Shown in pieces: positions 17,437-28,282 of a stretch of DNA of 36,317 nucleotides. Position 1 is the stretch's first letter, and the number at the start of each line of letters is the position of its first letter. The DNA comes from a virus (Duplodnaviria; Heunggongvirae; Uroviricota; Caudoviricetes): the IMG/VR virus record IMGVR_UViG_2617270990_000004; one strand, written 5' to 3'. The translations under genes were made by a program, and so were the position numbers. Below the pieces are notes generated by a model that saw nothing but the letters and a program-made list of their open reading frames with translations, made no database searches and had not been told where the DNA came from.

Positions 17437-18153
17437 ATGTCTGCTTTGTATGAACGCTCACAGCTGACGCAGGTGATGATTTCATCTGCCCCGGCGACTG
17501 CTGAAACTATGGATAAGGCGGAATATCTGCGCCTGGATTGCACCATCAAGGAAGTCCAGTTCACCGCCGGTCAGAAACAGGATATTGATGTGACCACGCT
17601 CTGCTCCACCGAGCAGGAGAACATCAACGGTCTGGGGGCGTCGTCTGAGATTTCCATGTCGGGTAATTTTTATCTGAATCAGGCCCAGAACGCCCTGCGT
17701 GATGCCTATGACAATGACGCGTTGTATGCGTTTAAGGTGCTGTTTCCGTCCGGTAAGGGCTTTAAGTTCCTGGCGGAAGTGCGTCAGCACACCTGGTCAT
17801 CCGGTACCAACGGCGTGGTGGCAGCAACGTTTTCACTGCGTATGAAAGGCAAACCGGTGTCCTTTGTGGTACCGCTGGCGTTTGTGAAAAATCTGGATAA
17901 AACACTTACCGTGAATACAGGTGCGCTGCTGACAATGTCAGTCAGTGCCAACGGGGGAACGCCGCCGTATAAATACGCCTGGAAGAAGGATGGTCAGCCG
18001 GTTGACGGGCAGACGACAGACACCTTCAGTAAGCCAGGTGCGCAGTCCGCTGATGCGGGGAAATATACCTGCGTGGTGACCGATTCGGCAGAGAAAGCAC
18101 AGAGTGTGACGTCTGTTGAATGCACCGTGACAGTGAGCGCAGCCGCCGGATAA
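17437..18153 (+). CDS. major tail protein with C-terminal Ig-like domain
   Basis: 238 aa with AGGAGG SD. C-terminus TLTVNTGALLTMSVSANGGTPPYKYAWKKDGQPVDG...GKYTCVVTD looks Ig-like. Confidence 0.8.
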   Translation: MSALYERSQLTQVMISSAPATAETMDKAEYLRLDCTIKEVQFTAGQKQDIDVTTLCSTEQENINGLGASSEISMSGNFYLNQAQNALRDAYDNDALYAFKVLFPSGKGFKFLAEVRQHTWSSGTNGVVAATFSLRMKGKPVSFVVPLAFVKNLDKTLTVNTGALLTMSVSANGGTPPYKYAWKKDGQPVDGQTTDTFSKPGAQSADAGKYTCVVTDSAEKAQSVTSVECTVTVSAAAG

Positions 18154-18167
18154 GGGGATGGGTCATC

Positions 18168-18542
18168 ATGAAAAAGGATCTGAAAACGCTGGCGCTGGCC
18201 AGACTGTCAGGGTTTCGTCATAAAACGGTGAAGGTGCCGGAATGGGGTAATGTCAGCGTGGTGCTGCGGGAGCCTTCGGCAGAGGCCTGGTATCTGTGGC
18301 AGGAAGTGCTCAATGGTGATGGAGAGGATGACGATACCCTGTCGGTGGTGGCGAAAACCCGCCGTAACCTGGAAGCGGATGTGACGCTGTTCTGCGATGT
18401 CCTGTGTGATACGGATCTGCAGCGGGTGTTCGCTCCGGACGACCGTGAGCAGGTGCTGGCCGTCTATGGTCCGGTACATGCCCGGTTGCTGCGTCAGGCA
18501 CTGGAACTGATCGCTGATGCAGAGTCGGCCAGAAAAAAGTAG
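18168..18542 (+). CDS. tail assembly chaperone (lambda gpG-like)
   Basis: 124 aa, acidic, ending directly at the slippery heptamer. AAGGGGA SD upstream of ATG 18168. Confidence 0.75.
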   Translation: MKKDLKTLALARLSGFRHKTVKVPEWGNVSVVLREPSAEAWYLWQEVLNGDGEDDDTLSVVAKTRRNLEADVTLFCDVLCDTDLQRVFAPDDREQVLAVYGPVHARLLRQALELIADAESARKK

Positions 18543-18847
18543 CCCGCCCGGAAATTCGCTTTCTGATGCGACTTGCGCTCCGTCTGGGGCGCACCTTATC
18601 CGAACTGCGGCACAGCCTGAGTGTGAGCGAGGCGATGATGTGGATGGAGTTCGACAGGGTATCCCCGCTGGGTGATGAGCGCGGGGATATCCGTAATGCA
18701 CAGATCGTGAAAGCGGTTTTTGGGGCACAGGGGATGAATGTTGCACTGAAGGACGCCATGCTCTGCTGGGGCGAGGATGAGGATAAGCCGGAGGTGGATC
18801 CGTTTGCGGCGCTGGAAGACGCGCTGAGCTTTGCAGCACAGTCATGA
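18168..18847 (+). CDS. tail assembly chaperone frameshift product (gpGT-like), made by -1 programmed ribosomal frameshift
   Basis: The G frame ends AGA AAA AAG TAG; a -1 slip on A_AAA_AAG (18533-18539) continues into the 18566..18847 frame (T-like segment). Confidence 0.65.
18533..18539 (+). other. -1 programmed ribosomal frameshift slippery heptamer A_AAA_AAG
   Basis: Reading frames were checked codon by codon across the site. Confidence 0.7.
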
Positions 18848-18855
18848 ATGATGAG

Positions 18856-18878
18856 AACCGCTGAGGCGGTTTTTTTAC
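18856..18878 (+). terminator. candidate rho-independent terminator / attenuator before the tape measure gene
   Basis: AACCGC-TGAGG-GCGGTT hairpin followed by TTTTTT. Confidence 0.4.
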
Positions 18879-18894
18879 GCCCGGAGAAAGGTGA

Positions 18895-21800
18895 ATGGCG
18901 ACGTTACGTGAACTGATTATCAAAATTTCGGCAAATTCGCAGTCATTCCAGTCGGAGATCCAGCGGGCTTCCCGCATGGGCAGTGAATATTACCGGACCC
19001 TGCAGAATGGCGGGCGTCAGGCTGCCGCAGTCGCCCGGGAGCAGCGACGCGCCCTGGCTGAGCTGAACAGCCAGTTGACGGAAATCCGCGCTTCAGCTGC
19101 CGGAACGGCGGGGGCATTTGCAGGTGCCTTTGCCACCGGACACCTGATTTCTCTGGCCGATGAATGGAGTTCCGTGAATGCCCGACTGAAACAGGCGTCG
19201 CAGTCATCCGATGAATTTTCGTCATCACAGAAAGTGCTGATGGATATCAGCCAGCGGACGGGCACGGCATTTTCAGATAATGCGGCCCTGTTTGCCCGCT
19301 CGGCAGCCTCAATGCGTGAATATGGTTACAGTGCTGATGATGTGCTGAAGGTGACGGAGGCCATTTCCACGGGGCTGAAAATCTCCGGTGCCAGTACGGC
19401 AGAGGCGGGCTCGGTGATCACCCAGTTCAGCCAGGCGCTGGCACAGGGTGTGTTACGCGGTGAGGAATTTAATTCGGTCAATGAAAGCGGAGACCGGATC
19501 GTACGTGCACTGGCTGCGGGTATGGGCGTGGCCCGTAAAGACCTTAAGGCGATGGCGGACGACGGCAAACTGACGGCGGATAAAGTCGTTCCTGCGTTAA
19601 TCAGCCAGCTGGGGGTATTGCGTGATGAATATGCCGCCATGCCGGAAACGGTCTCTGACGGGATCACAAAGGTGGAAAACGCCTTTATGGCCTGGGTGGG
19701 TGGCGCGAATGAAGCCAGCGGAGCGACGAAAACGCTCTCCGGCGTGCTGAACGGTGTTGCCGGTAATATTGATAATGTGGCAACAGCCGCGGGGGCGCTG
19801 GTTGCCGTCGGGGTTGCCCGGTACTTTGGCAATATGGCCTCCGGAGCGGTGTCTGCCACGGCAGGACTTGTGACGGCAGCACGTAATGAAGTGGCACTGG
19901 CGGAAGCACAGCTCAGGGGGACGCAGATTGCCACGGCGCGGGCAAGGGCAGCCGTGTACCGTGCACAGCAGGCTGTGGCGGCAGCCCGCGGGACGGAGAT
20001 GCAGATTGCTGCAGAAGCCCGTCTGGCGGCCACACAGGAACGCCTGAACAGAAATATTGCTGCCAGAACCGCAGCCCAGAATGCGCTGAACAGTACAACG
20101 GCGGTGGGCTCACGTCTGATGACTGGTGCGTTGGGACTGGTTGGTGGCGTACCCGGACTGGTGATGCTGGGGGCAGCAGCATGGTATACGCTGTACCAGA
20201 ATCAGGAGCAGGCCAGGGAGTCAGCGCGCCAGTATGCACTGACGATAGATGAAATCGCGCATAAAACGCCGTCAATGTCTTTGCCTGAAGCCTCAGATAA
20301 TGAAGGACGAACACGGGCGGCGCTGGCAGAGCAGAACCGGCTGATTGATGAACAGGCCAGCCGGGTGAAATCCCTGCAGGAAAAAATCGCTGGATATCAG
20401 TATGTTCTGGCTAACCCTGGCTGGACAACCGGTGACGGATTCATGATAAACCATCTGACATCGGTGAAGACCGTGACGGAAGGGCTTTCTCAGGCAACAG
20501 AGCAGCTTGCCGTTGAGCAGTCCCGTCTGGCACAGATGCAGGAAAAAGCGCAGTCCATTCAGGATGTGCTTGCCGGGCTGGAAGACCGTCGTGTGGCGTT
20601 AATTCGTCAGCAGGCGGCAGAGCAGAATAAGGTGTACCAGTCCATGCTGGTTATGAACGGTCAGCATACGGAATTCAACCGTCTGCTGGGGCTGGGTAAT
20701 GAACTGCTTCAGCAGCGGCAGGGACTGGTGAATGTGCCGTTACGGCTGCCACAGGCCACTCTGGATGATAAACAGCAGAGTGCCCTGACAAAAACAGAGC
20801 GTGAGCTGGCCCTGTCCAGACTGAAAGGGGAAGAAAAAGAGCGTGTCCGACTGGGGTATGCGGCGGATGACCTCGGTTTTGTGGGTGAACCGTATCAGGA
20901 GGCGAGACAACGTTATATCAGTAATGCCCTGGAAGCCTGGCGCAATAACGAGGCGAATAAACCCAAATCCCGGGGTGGAAAATCAGAGACGGAAAAAGCG
21001 GAAGACAGTTTTTCCCGGCTGCTGAAGCAGCAGAAAGAGCAATTGGCACTTGCGGGGCAGAATACAGAGCTGGCGAAGCTGAAATACCAGACTGCGCAGG
21101 GCGAACTGAAAACCCTGACGGAGATGCAGAAGCAGGAACTGCTGCGCAATGCGGCCCTGATTGACCAGCAAAAAATCCGGGAGCAGTTGCGGTCCCGGGA
21201 AGAGACCCTGAAGAATGATAATGTGGCTGCGCGTGCATCAAATGAAGCGGAACTGCTGGGGTACGGGCAGGGAGAGCGGCTCCGTGAACGCATGCGGGAG
21301 TTGCAGCAGATCCGCGACAGTTTCCGCCAGAAGGATGCGGACCTTCAGTCTCAGTATCAGACCGGGGATATCAGTGAGGATTTTTACAGACAGGCTCTGG
21401 CACAGAACGCGCAGTATCTGAGTGAACGTCTGAAAGAGCAGGAAGCCTTTTATGCCGAATCGGATGTGCAGCGTGCGGACTGGCAGAAAGGGCTGCAGGA
21501 GGGATTCAGTAACTGGGTGGATAATGCGTCCGATTACGCCTCACAGGCAGCACAGCTGGCGACGGAGGGTATCTCAGGGATGGTGAATAACATCACGGAG
21601 ATGCTGAACGGAAATAAAGTGGAATGGCGCAGCTGGGCCTCATCAGTGCTGCAGGAAATATCAAAAGTTCTTATGAATGCCGCGATTGTCAACGGGATCA
21701 AGACGGCGGCAAACAGTATGTCCGGAGCGGGAGGATTTATCGGCAGTATTGGTAGCTGGCTGGGCGGTGCGGTGGCCAATGCAAAAGGCGGGGTGTATAC

Positions 21801-22137
21801 CTCGGCAAACCTGAGTGCGTACAGCAACAGTATTGTGGATACGCCCACGTACTTTGCCTTTGCAAAAGGGGCGGGACTGATGGGGGAGGCCGGTCCTGAA
21901 GCCATTATGCCCCTGACCCGGGCGGCGGATGGCTCGCTGGGTGTGCGAGCGGTGGGCAGTATGAACGGCAGTGCAGGTCTGGTGTATTCCCCGGTCTACC
22001 ATATCGCCATTCAGAATGACGGGACTAATGGCCAGATAGGGCCGGAAGCTGCGGGCAGCCTTGTGCAACTGATTGACCAGCGGGTGCAGGCGGTGATGCT
22101 GTCCATGCGACGTGACGGAGGAATGCTGAGTGGCTGA
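18895..22137 (+). CDS. tail tape measure protein
   Basis: 1080 aa, largely helical with Ala/Gln/Arg/Leu-rich composition. Located between the chaperones and gpM. Confidence 0.9.
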   Translation: MATLRELIIKISANSQSFQSEIQRASRMGSEYYRTLQNGGRQAAAVAREQRRALAELNSQLTEIRASAAGTAGAFAGAFATGHLISLADEWSSVNARLKQASQSSDEFSSSQKVLMDISQRTGTAFSDNAALFARSAASMREYGYSADDVLKVTEAISTGLKISGASTAEAGSVITQFSQALAQGVLRGEEFNSVNESGDRIVRALAAGMGVARKDLKAMADDGKLTADKVVPALISQLGVLRDEYAAMPETVSDGITKVENAFMAWVGGANEASGATKTLSGVLNGVAGNIDNVATAAGALVAVGVARYFGNMASGAVSATAGLVTAARNEVALAEAQLRGTQIATARARAAVYRAQQAVAAARGTEMQIAAEARLAATQERLNRNIAARTAAQNALNSTTAVGSRLMTGALGLVGGVPGLVMLGAAAWYTLYQNQEQARESARQYALTIDEIAHKTPSMSLPEASDNEGRTRAALAEQNRLIDEQASRVKSLQEKIAGYQYVLANPGWTTGDGFMINHLTSVKTVTEGLSQATEQLAVEQSRLAQMQEKAQSIQDVLAGLEDRRVALIRQQAAEQNKVYQSMLVMNGQHTEFNRLLGLGNELLQQRQGLVNVPLRLPQATLDDKQQSALTKTERELALSRLKGEEKERVRLGYAADDLGFVGEPYQEARQRYISNALEAWRNNEANKPKSRGGKSETEKAEDSFSRLLKQQKEQLALAGQNTELAKLKYQTAQGELKTLTEMQKQELLRNAALIDQQKIREQLRSREETLKNDNVAARASNEAELLGYGQGERLRERMRELQQIRDSFRQKDADLQSQYQTGDISEDFYRQALAQNAQYLSERLKEQEAFYAESDVQRADWQKGLQEGFSNWVDNASDYASQAAQLATEGISGMVNNITEMLNGNKVEWRSWASSVLQEISKVLMNAAIVNGIKTAANSMSGAGGFIGSIGSWLGGAVANAKGGVYTSANLSAYSNSIVDTPTYFAFAKGAGLMGEAGPEAIMPLTRAADGSLGVRAVGSMNGSAGLVYSPVYHIAIQNDGTNGQIGPEAAGSLVQLIDQRVQAVMLSMRRDGGMLSG

Positions 22138-22471
22138 GATAAAAACGCTGCATCTGGTCCCGCGTGAAGGGATGCAGGTGAGTGAGAAACCGTCGGTGGC
22201 GAGGGTACGGTTTGGTGACGGTTATGAACAGCGCCGCCCGACGGGACTTAATGCCCGACTGAAGACGTTTCAGGCGGTGTTCCGGGTGACGGATGAGGCG
22301 ACCCGGCGATGGCTGGAAGAGTTTTTATCGTGGCATGGTGGTTACCGTGCCTTTTTGTGGCGACCGCCGAAACATAACCGGACGGTGAGGGTGGTATGCC
22401 GGGAGTGGAGCGTCACAGATAACGCCAGGTACAGTGATTTCAGTTGTACGATTGAGCAGGTGGTGAACTGA
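22130..22471 (+). CDS. M: minor tail protein M (lambda gpM-like)
   Basis: 113 aa; position and recalled similarity to lambda M. Confidence 0.8.
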   Translation: MAEIKTLHLVPREGMQVSEKPSVARVRFGDGYEQRRPTGLNARLKTFQAVFRVTDEATRRWLEEFLSWHGGYRAFLWRPPKHNRTVRVVCREWSVTDNARYSDFSCTIEQVVN

Positions 22472-23169
22472 TGCAGGATATTCACGAAGAAAGTCTGAAC
22501 GAGTCGGTTAAATCAGAGCAGTCACCGCGGGTGGTACTCTGGGAAATCGACCTGACGGTACAGGGCGGTGAGCGGTATTTTTTCTGTAATGAGCTGAATG
22601 AAAAAGGGGAGCCGGTCACCTGGCAGGGGCGTAAGTATGAGGCGTACCCGATTGATGGCAGCGGCTTTGAAATGAACGGGAAAGGCAGCAGTGCCAGACC
22701 GTCGCTGACGGTGTCCAATCTGTTCGGCCTTGTCACCGGGATGGCGGAAGACCTGCAGAGTCTGGTGGGGGCCACGGTGGTCCGCCGCCGGGTGTATGCC
22801 CGTTTTCTGGATGCGGTGAATTTTGTGGCGGGCAATCCGGAAGCGGACCCGGAGCAGGAGCTGAGCGACCGCTGGGTGGTGGAGCAGATGTCGCAGCTGA
22901 CAGCCATGACGGCCTCGTTTGTGCTGGCCACACCGACCGAGACGGACGGAGCGCAGTTTCCCGGTCGTATCATGCTGGCGAACACCTGTATGTGGACCTA
23001 CCGCTCTGATGAGTGTGGTTACACGGGCGGGGCTGTGGCGGATGAGTTCGATAAACCCACCACGGATATCCGTAAGGACAGATGCAGCAAGTGCATGCGC
23101 GGGTGTGAACTGCGCAGGAATGTCGGCAATTTTGGCGGTTTCCTTTCCATTAATAAACTTTCGCAGTAA
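22471..23169 (+). CDS. L: minor tail protein L (lambda gpL-like)
   Basis: 232 aa with a C-terminal Cys cluster (CSKCMRGCELRRNVGNFGGF). Confidence 0.85.
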   Translation: MQDIHEESLNESVKSEQSPRVVLWEIDLTVQGGERYFFCNELNEKGEPVTWQGRKYEAYPIDGSGFEMNGKGSSARPSLTVSNLFGLVTGMAEDLQSLVGATVVRRRVYARFLDAVNFVAGNPEADPEQELSDRWVVEQMSQLTAMTASFVLATPTETDGAQFPGRIMLANTCMWTYRSDECGYTGGAVADEFDKPTTDIRKDRCSKCMRGCELRRNVGNFGGFLSINKLSQ

Positions 23170-23179
23170 ATCCCGGTTT

Positions 23180-23923
23180 ATGACACAGACTGAATCAGCG
23201 ATTCTGGCGCATGCCCGGCGGTGTGCGCCTGCGGAGTCGTGCGGCTTCGTGATAAGCACGCCGGAGGGGGAGCGGTATATCCCTTGTGTGAATATTTCCG
23301 CAGAGCCGGAGGCGTATTTTCGTATCGCACCGGAAGACTGGCTGCGGGCAGAGATACAGGGGGAGATTGTGGCACTGGTCCACAGTCATCCCGGTGAGCT
23401 GCCCTGGCTGAGCGAGGCTGACCGGCGGCTGCAGATAAAAAGCGCACTGCCCTGGTGGCTGGTCTGCCGGGGGGAAATTCATAAATTCTGCTGTGTGCCA
23501 CATCTGACAGGACGGCGCTTTGAGCACGGGGTGACGGACTGTTACACGCTGTTCCGGGATGCATACCATCTGGCGGGAATTGATATGCCGGATTTTCATC
23601 GCGAGGATGACTGGTGGCGCAACGGCCAGAACCTGTACCTGGACAATATGGCAGTCACCGGCTTTTACCGGGTGCCCCTGTCCTCTGCACAGCCGGGCGA
23701 TATCCTGCTGTGCTGCTTCGGCGCATCGGTGGCTAATCATGCCGCCATTTACTGCGGCAACGGTGAACTGCTTCACCATATTCCTGAACAACTGAGTAAA
23801 CGGGAGAGGTATTCCGAAAAATGGCAACGACGAACGCATTCTGTCTGGCGTCACCGCCACTGGCACACATCTGCCTTCACGGGGATTTACAACGATTTGG
23901 CCGCCGCCTCAGCCTGTATGTGA
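23180..23923 (+). CDS. K: tail assembly protein K (JAB/MPN plus NlpC/P60-like)
   Basis: MTQTESAILAHARRCAPAESCGFVI...HSHPGELPWLSEADRR. The ORF track entry (from 22919) is 5' over-extended. Confidence 0.85.
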   Translation: MTQTESAILAHARRCAPAESCGFVISTPEGERYIPCVNISAEPEAYFRIAPEDWLRAEIQGEIVALVHSHPGELPWLSEADRRLQIKSALPWWLVCRGEIHKFCCVPHLTGRRFEHGVTDCYTLFRDAYHLAGIDMPDFHREDDWWRNGQNLYLDNMAVTGFYRVPLSSAQPGDILLCCFGASVANHAAIYCGNGELLHHIPEQLSKRERYSEKWQRRTHSVWRHRHWHTSAFTGIYNDLAAASACM

Positions 23924-24501
23924 ACACGGCAGCGGAAGCCATTCGCGCCCTGTCGATGCAGATGCCGGGCTTTCGCCTTCAGATGAACGAAGGCTGGTAC
24001 CAGATACGTATTGCCGGTGAAGACACGGCACCGGAGGTGGTGTACGCCCGCCTTCACGAACAGCTGGGTGAGGGAACGGTCATCCACATTGTGCCGCGAC
24101 TGGCCGGGGCCGGAAAGGGTGGACTGCAGATTGTGTTGGGGGCGGCAGCCATCGTGGGCTCTTTCTTCACTGCCGGGGCATCAATGGCGTTATGGGGTTC
24201 AGCCCTGGCAGCCGGTGGTTTTTCTGCCACCACGATGCTGTTTTCACTTGGAGCCAGCATGATTCTGGGCGGTGTGGCCCAGATGCTGGCCCCGAAGGCA
24301 AAAACACCGGATTACCGCGCAACGGATAACGGCAGACAGAACACGTACTTTTCCTCGCTGGATAACATGATTGCCCAGGGGAACTCGATGCCGGTGCCTT
24401 ACGGGGAAATGCTGGTTGGCTCCCGCCGTATATCCCAGGACATCAGCACCCGTGATGAAGGCGGGGGCGGAAAGGTCGTGGTTATCGGGCGACAGGGATA
24501 A
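23821..24501 (+). CDS. I: tail assembly protein I
   Basis: 226 aa overlapping the K 3' end. Gly/Ala-rich hydrophobic middle; C-terminus QNTYFSSLDNMIAQGN. Confidence 0.85.
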   Translation: MATTNAFCLASPPLAHICLHGDLQRFGRRLSLYVNTAAEAIRALSMQMPGFRLQMNEGWYQIRIAGEDTAPEVVYARLHEQLGEGTVIHIVPRLAGAGKGGLQIVLGAAAIVGSFFTAGASMALWGSALAAGGFSATTMLFSLGASMILGGVAQMLAPKAKTPDYRATDNGRQNTYFSSLDNMIAQGNSMPVPYGEMLVGSRRISQDISTRDEGGGGKVVVIGRQG

Positions 24502-24741
24502 AACATAAAAAAATCCCGCAGTGATCGCGGAGCTGCGGGGACAGACAAATGAAGATCAATGTGAAGGAGTTGTTTTTGTTACTCGGGCAAAAAAACACTA
24601 ACGCAGTGAAATTATACGCGCCACAGTCAGTGTGTGAAAATGTGAAGATATTCAGAAATTTTATTCCGTCATGACGCAGGCACCCGGTGAGGTGCCTGTT
24701 GTTTTTGTGAGTGAACAATTATCACGGTAAGAGGTGATGTA

Positions 24742-27700
24742 ATGGGCAAAGGTGGCGGCAAGGCGCACACACCGCGTGAGGCGAAAGACAATCTCAAATC
24801 CACGCAGATGATGAGCGTGATTGATGCGATTGGTGAGGGACCGATAGATGGCCCGGTGAAAGGCCTGCAGAGTATTCTGGTGAACAAAACCCCGCTGACG
24901 GACACGGACGGTAATCCCGTGATACACGGTGTGACCGCGGTCTGGCGTGCCGGGGAGCAGGAGCAGACACCACCGGAAGGCTTTGAGTCCTCCGGCTCTG
25001 AAACTGTACTGGGTGTCGAAGTGACCAGGGCAAAACCGGTAACACGCACCATTACGTCAGCGAACATTGACCGCCTGCGGGTGACCTTCGGGGTGCAGTC
25101 ACTGGTGGAGACCACGTCAAAGGGTGACCGTAATCCGTCCTCTGTCCGTCTGCTGATTCAGTTACAGCGTAACGGTAACTGGGTGACAGAAAAGGATGTC
25201 ACCATTAACGGCAAGACCACCTCACAGTTCCTGGCCTCGGTGATTCTGGATAATCTGCCTCCCCGCCCCTTTAACATCCGGATGGTCAGGGAGACGGCGG
25301 ACAGCACCACGGACCAGCTGCAGAACAGAACGCTGTGGTCGTCATACACCGAAATCATCGATGTGAAACAGTGCTACCCGAACACGGCCATTGTGGGGAT
25401 GCAGGTGGATGCGGAGCAGTTTGGTGGTCAGCAGATGACGGTGAACTACCATATCCGCGGTCGCATCATCCAGGTGCCGTCAAACTATGACCCGGAAAAA
25501 CGCACGTACAGTGGTATCTGGGACGGCAGTCTGAAACCGGCATACAGCAACAATCCGGCCTGGTGTCTGTGGGACATGCTGACTCACCCGCGCTACGGCA
25601 TGGGAAAACGTCTGGGGGCGGCGGATGTGGACAAGTGGGCGCTGTATGCCATCGGGCAGTACTGCGACCAGATGGTGCCGGATGGCTTCGGGGGCACCGA
25701 GCCGCGGATGACCTTCAATGCGTACCTGGCACAACAGCGTAAGGCGTGGGATGTTCTCAGTGATTTCTGCTCGGCGATGCGCTGTATGCCGGTATGGAAC
25801 GGCCAGATGCTGACGTTTGTTCAGGACCGCCTGTCGGATGTGGTGTGGCCGTACACCAACAGCGATGTGGTGGTGGATGATAACGGCGTGGGGTTCCGCT
25901 ACAGCTTCAGTGCCCTGAAGGACCGGCACACGGCGGTGGAGGTGAATTACACCGACCCGCAGAACGGCTGGCAGACCTCCACGGAACTGGTGGAAGACCC
26001 GGAAGCCATACTGCGCTACGGGCGCAATCTGCTGAAGATGGACGCGTTCGGCTGTACCAGCCGCGGTCAGGCCCACCGTGCCGGACTGTGGGTGATAAAG
26101 ACCGAACTGCTGGAAACGCAGACGGTGGATTTCACGCTCGGGTCTCAGGGGCTGCGGCACACACCCGGTGACATTATTGAAATCTGTGATAATGACTATG
26201 CCGGGACCCTGACCGGCGGACGTGTCCTGTCCATTGATGCTGCCACCCGCACCCTGACGCTGGACCGTGAGGTTACCCTGCCGGAGACCGGTGCCGCCAC
26301 GGTGAACCTGATTAACGGCAGCGGTAAGCCGGTGAGTGTGGACATCACCGAACACCCCGCGCCGGACCGGATACAGGTCAGTACCCTGCCTGATGGTGTG
26401 GAGACATACGGGGTGTGGGGACTCTCCCTGCCGTCACTGCGCCGTCGCCTGTTCCGCTGTGTCTCCATCCGGGAAAACACGGACGGCACCTTTGCCATCA
26501 CGGCGGTGCAGCACGTACCGGAAAAAGAAGCCATCGTGGATAACGGTGCCCGCTTTGAGCCGCAGTCAGGTTCCCTGAACAGCGTCATCCCACCGGCAGT
26601 GCAGCACCTGACGGTGGAGGTGAGCGCAGCTGACGGCCAGTATCTGGCGCAGGCGAAATGGGACACGCCGCGGGTGGTGAAGGGTGTGCGCTTCAGTCTG
26701 CGCCTGACCAGTGGTAAGGGAACGGATGCCAGACTGGTGACCACCGCCATCACCGCAGACACGGAGCACCGTTTCAGCGGCCTGCCGCTCGGGGAATACA
26801 CCCTGACGGTGCGGGCGATAAACAGCTATGGCCAGCAGGGTGAACCTGCCACCACCACCTTCCGGATTGCCGCACCGGCAGCACCGTCGCGGATTGAGCT
26901 GACGCCGGGCTATTTTCAGATAACCGCCACGCCGCATCTTGCCGTTTATGACCCGACGGTACAGTTTGAGTTCTGGTTCTCGGAAAAGCGGATTGCGGAT
27001 ATCAGGCAGGTTGAAACCGCAGCCCGCTATCTTGGCTCGGCGCTGTACTGGATAGCTGCCAGTATCAATATCAAACCGGGCCATGATTATTATTTTTATA
27101 TCCGCAGTGTGAATACTGTTGGCAAATCGGCATTTGTGGAGGCTGTTGGCCAGCCGAGTGATGATGCATCCGGCTATCTGGATTTTTTCAAAGGAGAGAT
27201 AGGGAAAACCCATCTGGCTCAGGAGTTGTGGACACAGATTGATAACGGTCAGCTTGCGCCTGATCTGGCTGAAATCAGGACGTCCATTACGAATGTCAGC
27301 AATGAAATCACGCAGACCGTCAATAAAAAACTGGAAAATCAGAGTGCGGCAATCCAGCAGATACAGAAAGTTCAGGTTGATACAAATAATAACCTGAACA
27401 GCATGTGGGCCGTGAAACTGCAGCAGATGAAGGACGGACGCCTTTATATTGCGGGTATCGGAGCCGGTATTGAGAATACGCCAGCAGGTATGCAGAGTCA
27501 GGTGCTTCTGGCTGCTGACCGGATTGCGATGATTAATCCTGCGAATGGCAACACAAAGCCGATGTTTGTTGGTCAGGGCGATCAGATATTCATGAACGAA
27601 GTGTTCCTGAAATACCTGACGGCTCCCACCATTACCAGCGGCGGTAATCCTCCGGCATTTTCCCTGACACCGGACGGGCGGCTGACGGCGAAAAATGCCG

Positions 27701-28215
27701 ATATCAGCGGTAACGTGAATGCGAACTCCGGGACGCTCAACAACGTCACGATTAACGAAAACTGTCGGGTTCTGGGAAAACTGTCCGCCAACCAGATTGA
27801 AGGCGATCTCGTTAAAACAGTGGGCAAAGCTTTCCCCCGGGACTCCCGTGCACCGGAGCGGTGGCCATCAGGGACCATTACCGTCAGGGTTTATGACGAT
27901 CAGCCGTTTGACCGGCAGATTGTTATTCCGGCGGTGGCATTCAGCGGCGCTAAACATGAGAAAGAGCATACTGATATTTACTCCTCATGCCGTCTGATAG
28001 TGCGGAAAAACGGTGCTGAAATTTATAACCGTACCGCGCTGGATAATACGCTGATTTACAGTGGTGTTATTGATATGCCTGCCGGTCACGGTCACATGAC
28101 ACTGGAGTTTTCGGTGTCAGCATGGCTGGTGAATAACTGGTATCCCACAGCAAGTATCAGCGATTTGCTGGTTGTGGTGATGAAGAAAGCCACCGCAGGC
28201 ATCAGTATCAGCTGA
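24742..28215 (+). CDS. J: tail tip / host specificity protein J (central tail fibre)
   Basis: 1157 aa, [38 protein letters not shown]..., recognised as a close lambda J homologue with a diverged C-terminal receptor-binding region. Confidence 0.95.
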   Translation: MGKGGGKAHTPREAKDNLKSTQMMSVIDAIGEGPIDGPVKGLQSILVNKTPLTDTDGNPVIHGVTAVWRAGEQEQTPPEGFESSGSETVLGVEVTRAKPVTRTITSANIDRLRVTFGVQSLVETTSKGDRNPSSVRLLIQLQRNGNWVTEKDVTINGKTTSQFLASVILDNLPPRPFNIRMVRETADSTTDQLQNRTLWSSYTEIIDVKQCYPNTAIVGMQVDAEQFGGQQMTVNYHIRGRIIQVPSNYDPEKRTYSGIWDGSLKPAYSNNPAWCLWDMLTHPRYGMGKRLGAADVDKWALYAIGQYCDQMVPDGFGGTEPRMTFNAYLAQQRKAWDVLSDFCSAMRCMPVWNGQMLTFVQDRLSDVVWPYTNSDVVVDDNGVGFRYSFSALKDRHTAVEVNYTDPQNGWQTSTELVEDPEAILRYGRNLLKMDAFGCTSRGQAHRAGLWVIKTELLETQTVDFTLGSQGLRHTPGDIIEICDNDYAGTLTGGRVLSIDAATRTLTLDREVTLPETGAATVNLINGSGKPVSVDITEHPAPDRIQVSTLPDGVETYGVWGLSLPSLRRRLFRCVSIRENTDGTFAITAVQHVPEKEAIVDNGARFEPQSGSLNSVIPPAVQHLTVEVSAADGQYLAQAKWDTPRVVKGVRFSLRLTSGKGTDARLVTTAITADTEHRFSGLPLGEYTLTVRAINSYGQQGEPATTTFRIAAPAAPSRIELTPGYFQITATPHLAVYDPTVQFEFWFSEKRIADIRQVETAARYLGSALYWIAASINIKPGHDYYFYIRSVNTVGKSAFVEAVGQPSDDASGYLDFFKGEIGKTHLAQELWTQIDNGQLAPDLAEIRTSITNVSNEITQTVNKKLENQSAAIQQIQKVQVDTNNNLNSMWAVKLQQMKDGRLYIAGIGAGIENTPAGMQSQVLLAADRIAMINPANGNTKPMFVGQGDQIFMNEVFLKYLTAPTITSGGNPPAFSLTPDGRLTAKNADISGNVNANSGTLNNVTINENCRVLGKLSANQIEGDLVKTVGKAFPRDSRAPERWPSGTITVRVYDDQPFDRQIVIPAVAFSGAKHEKEHTDIYSSCRLIVRKNGAEIYNRTALDNTLIYSGVIDMPAGHGHMTLEFSVSAWLVNNWYPTASISDLLVVVMKKATAGISIS

Positions 28216-28282
28216 ATTTTATAACCCATATACGGGCGCCAGAAATGGCGCCTTTTTTATTGCAGAAAAGCGAGAGGTAATT

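Noticed and set aside
18207-20033. Minus-strand ORFs (256 aa, 235 aa and others) across the chaperone and tape measure genes
   Set aside because: Antisense to well-supported tail genes, Pro/Ala/Arg-rich, with no ribosome-binding sites.
25480-27213. Minus-strand ORFs of 291, 201 and 215 aa inside J
   Set aside because: Antisense to the J gene, which is recognisable along its whole length.
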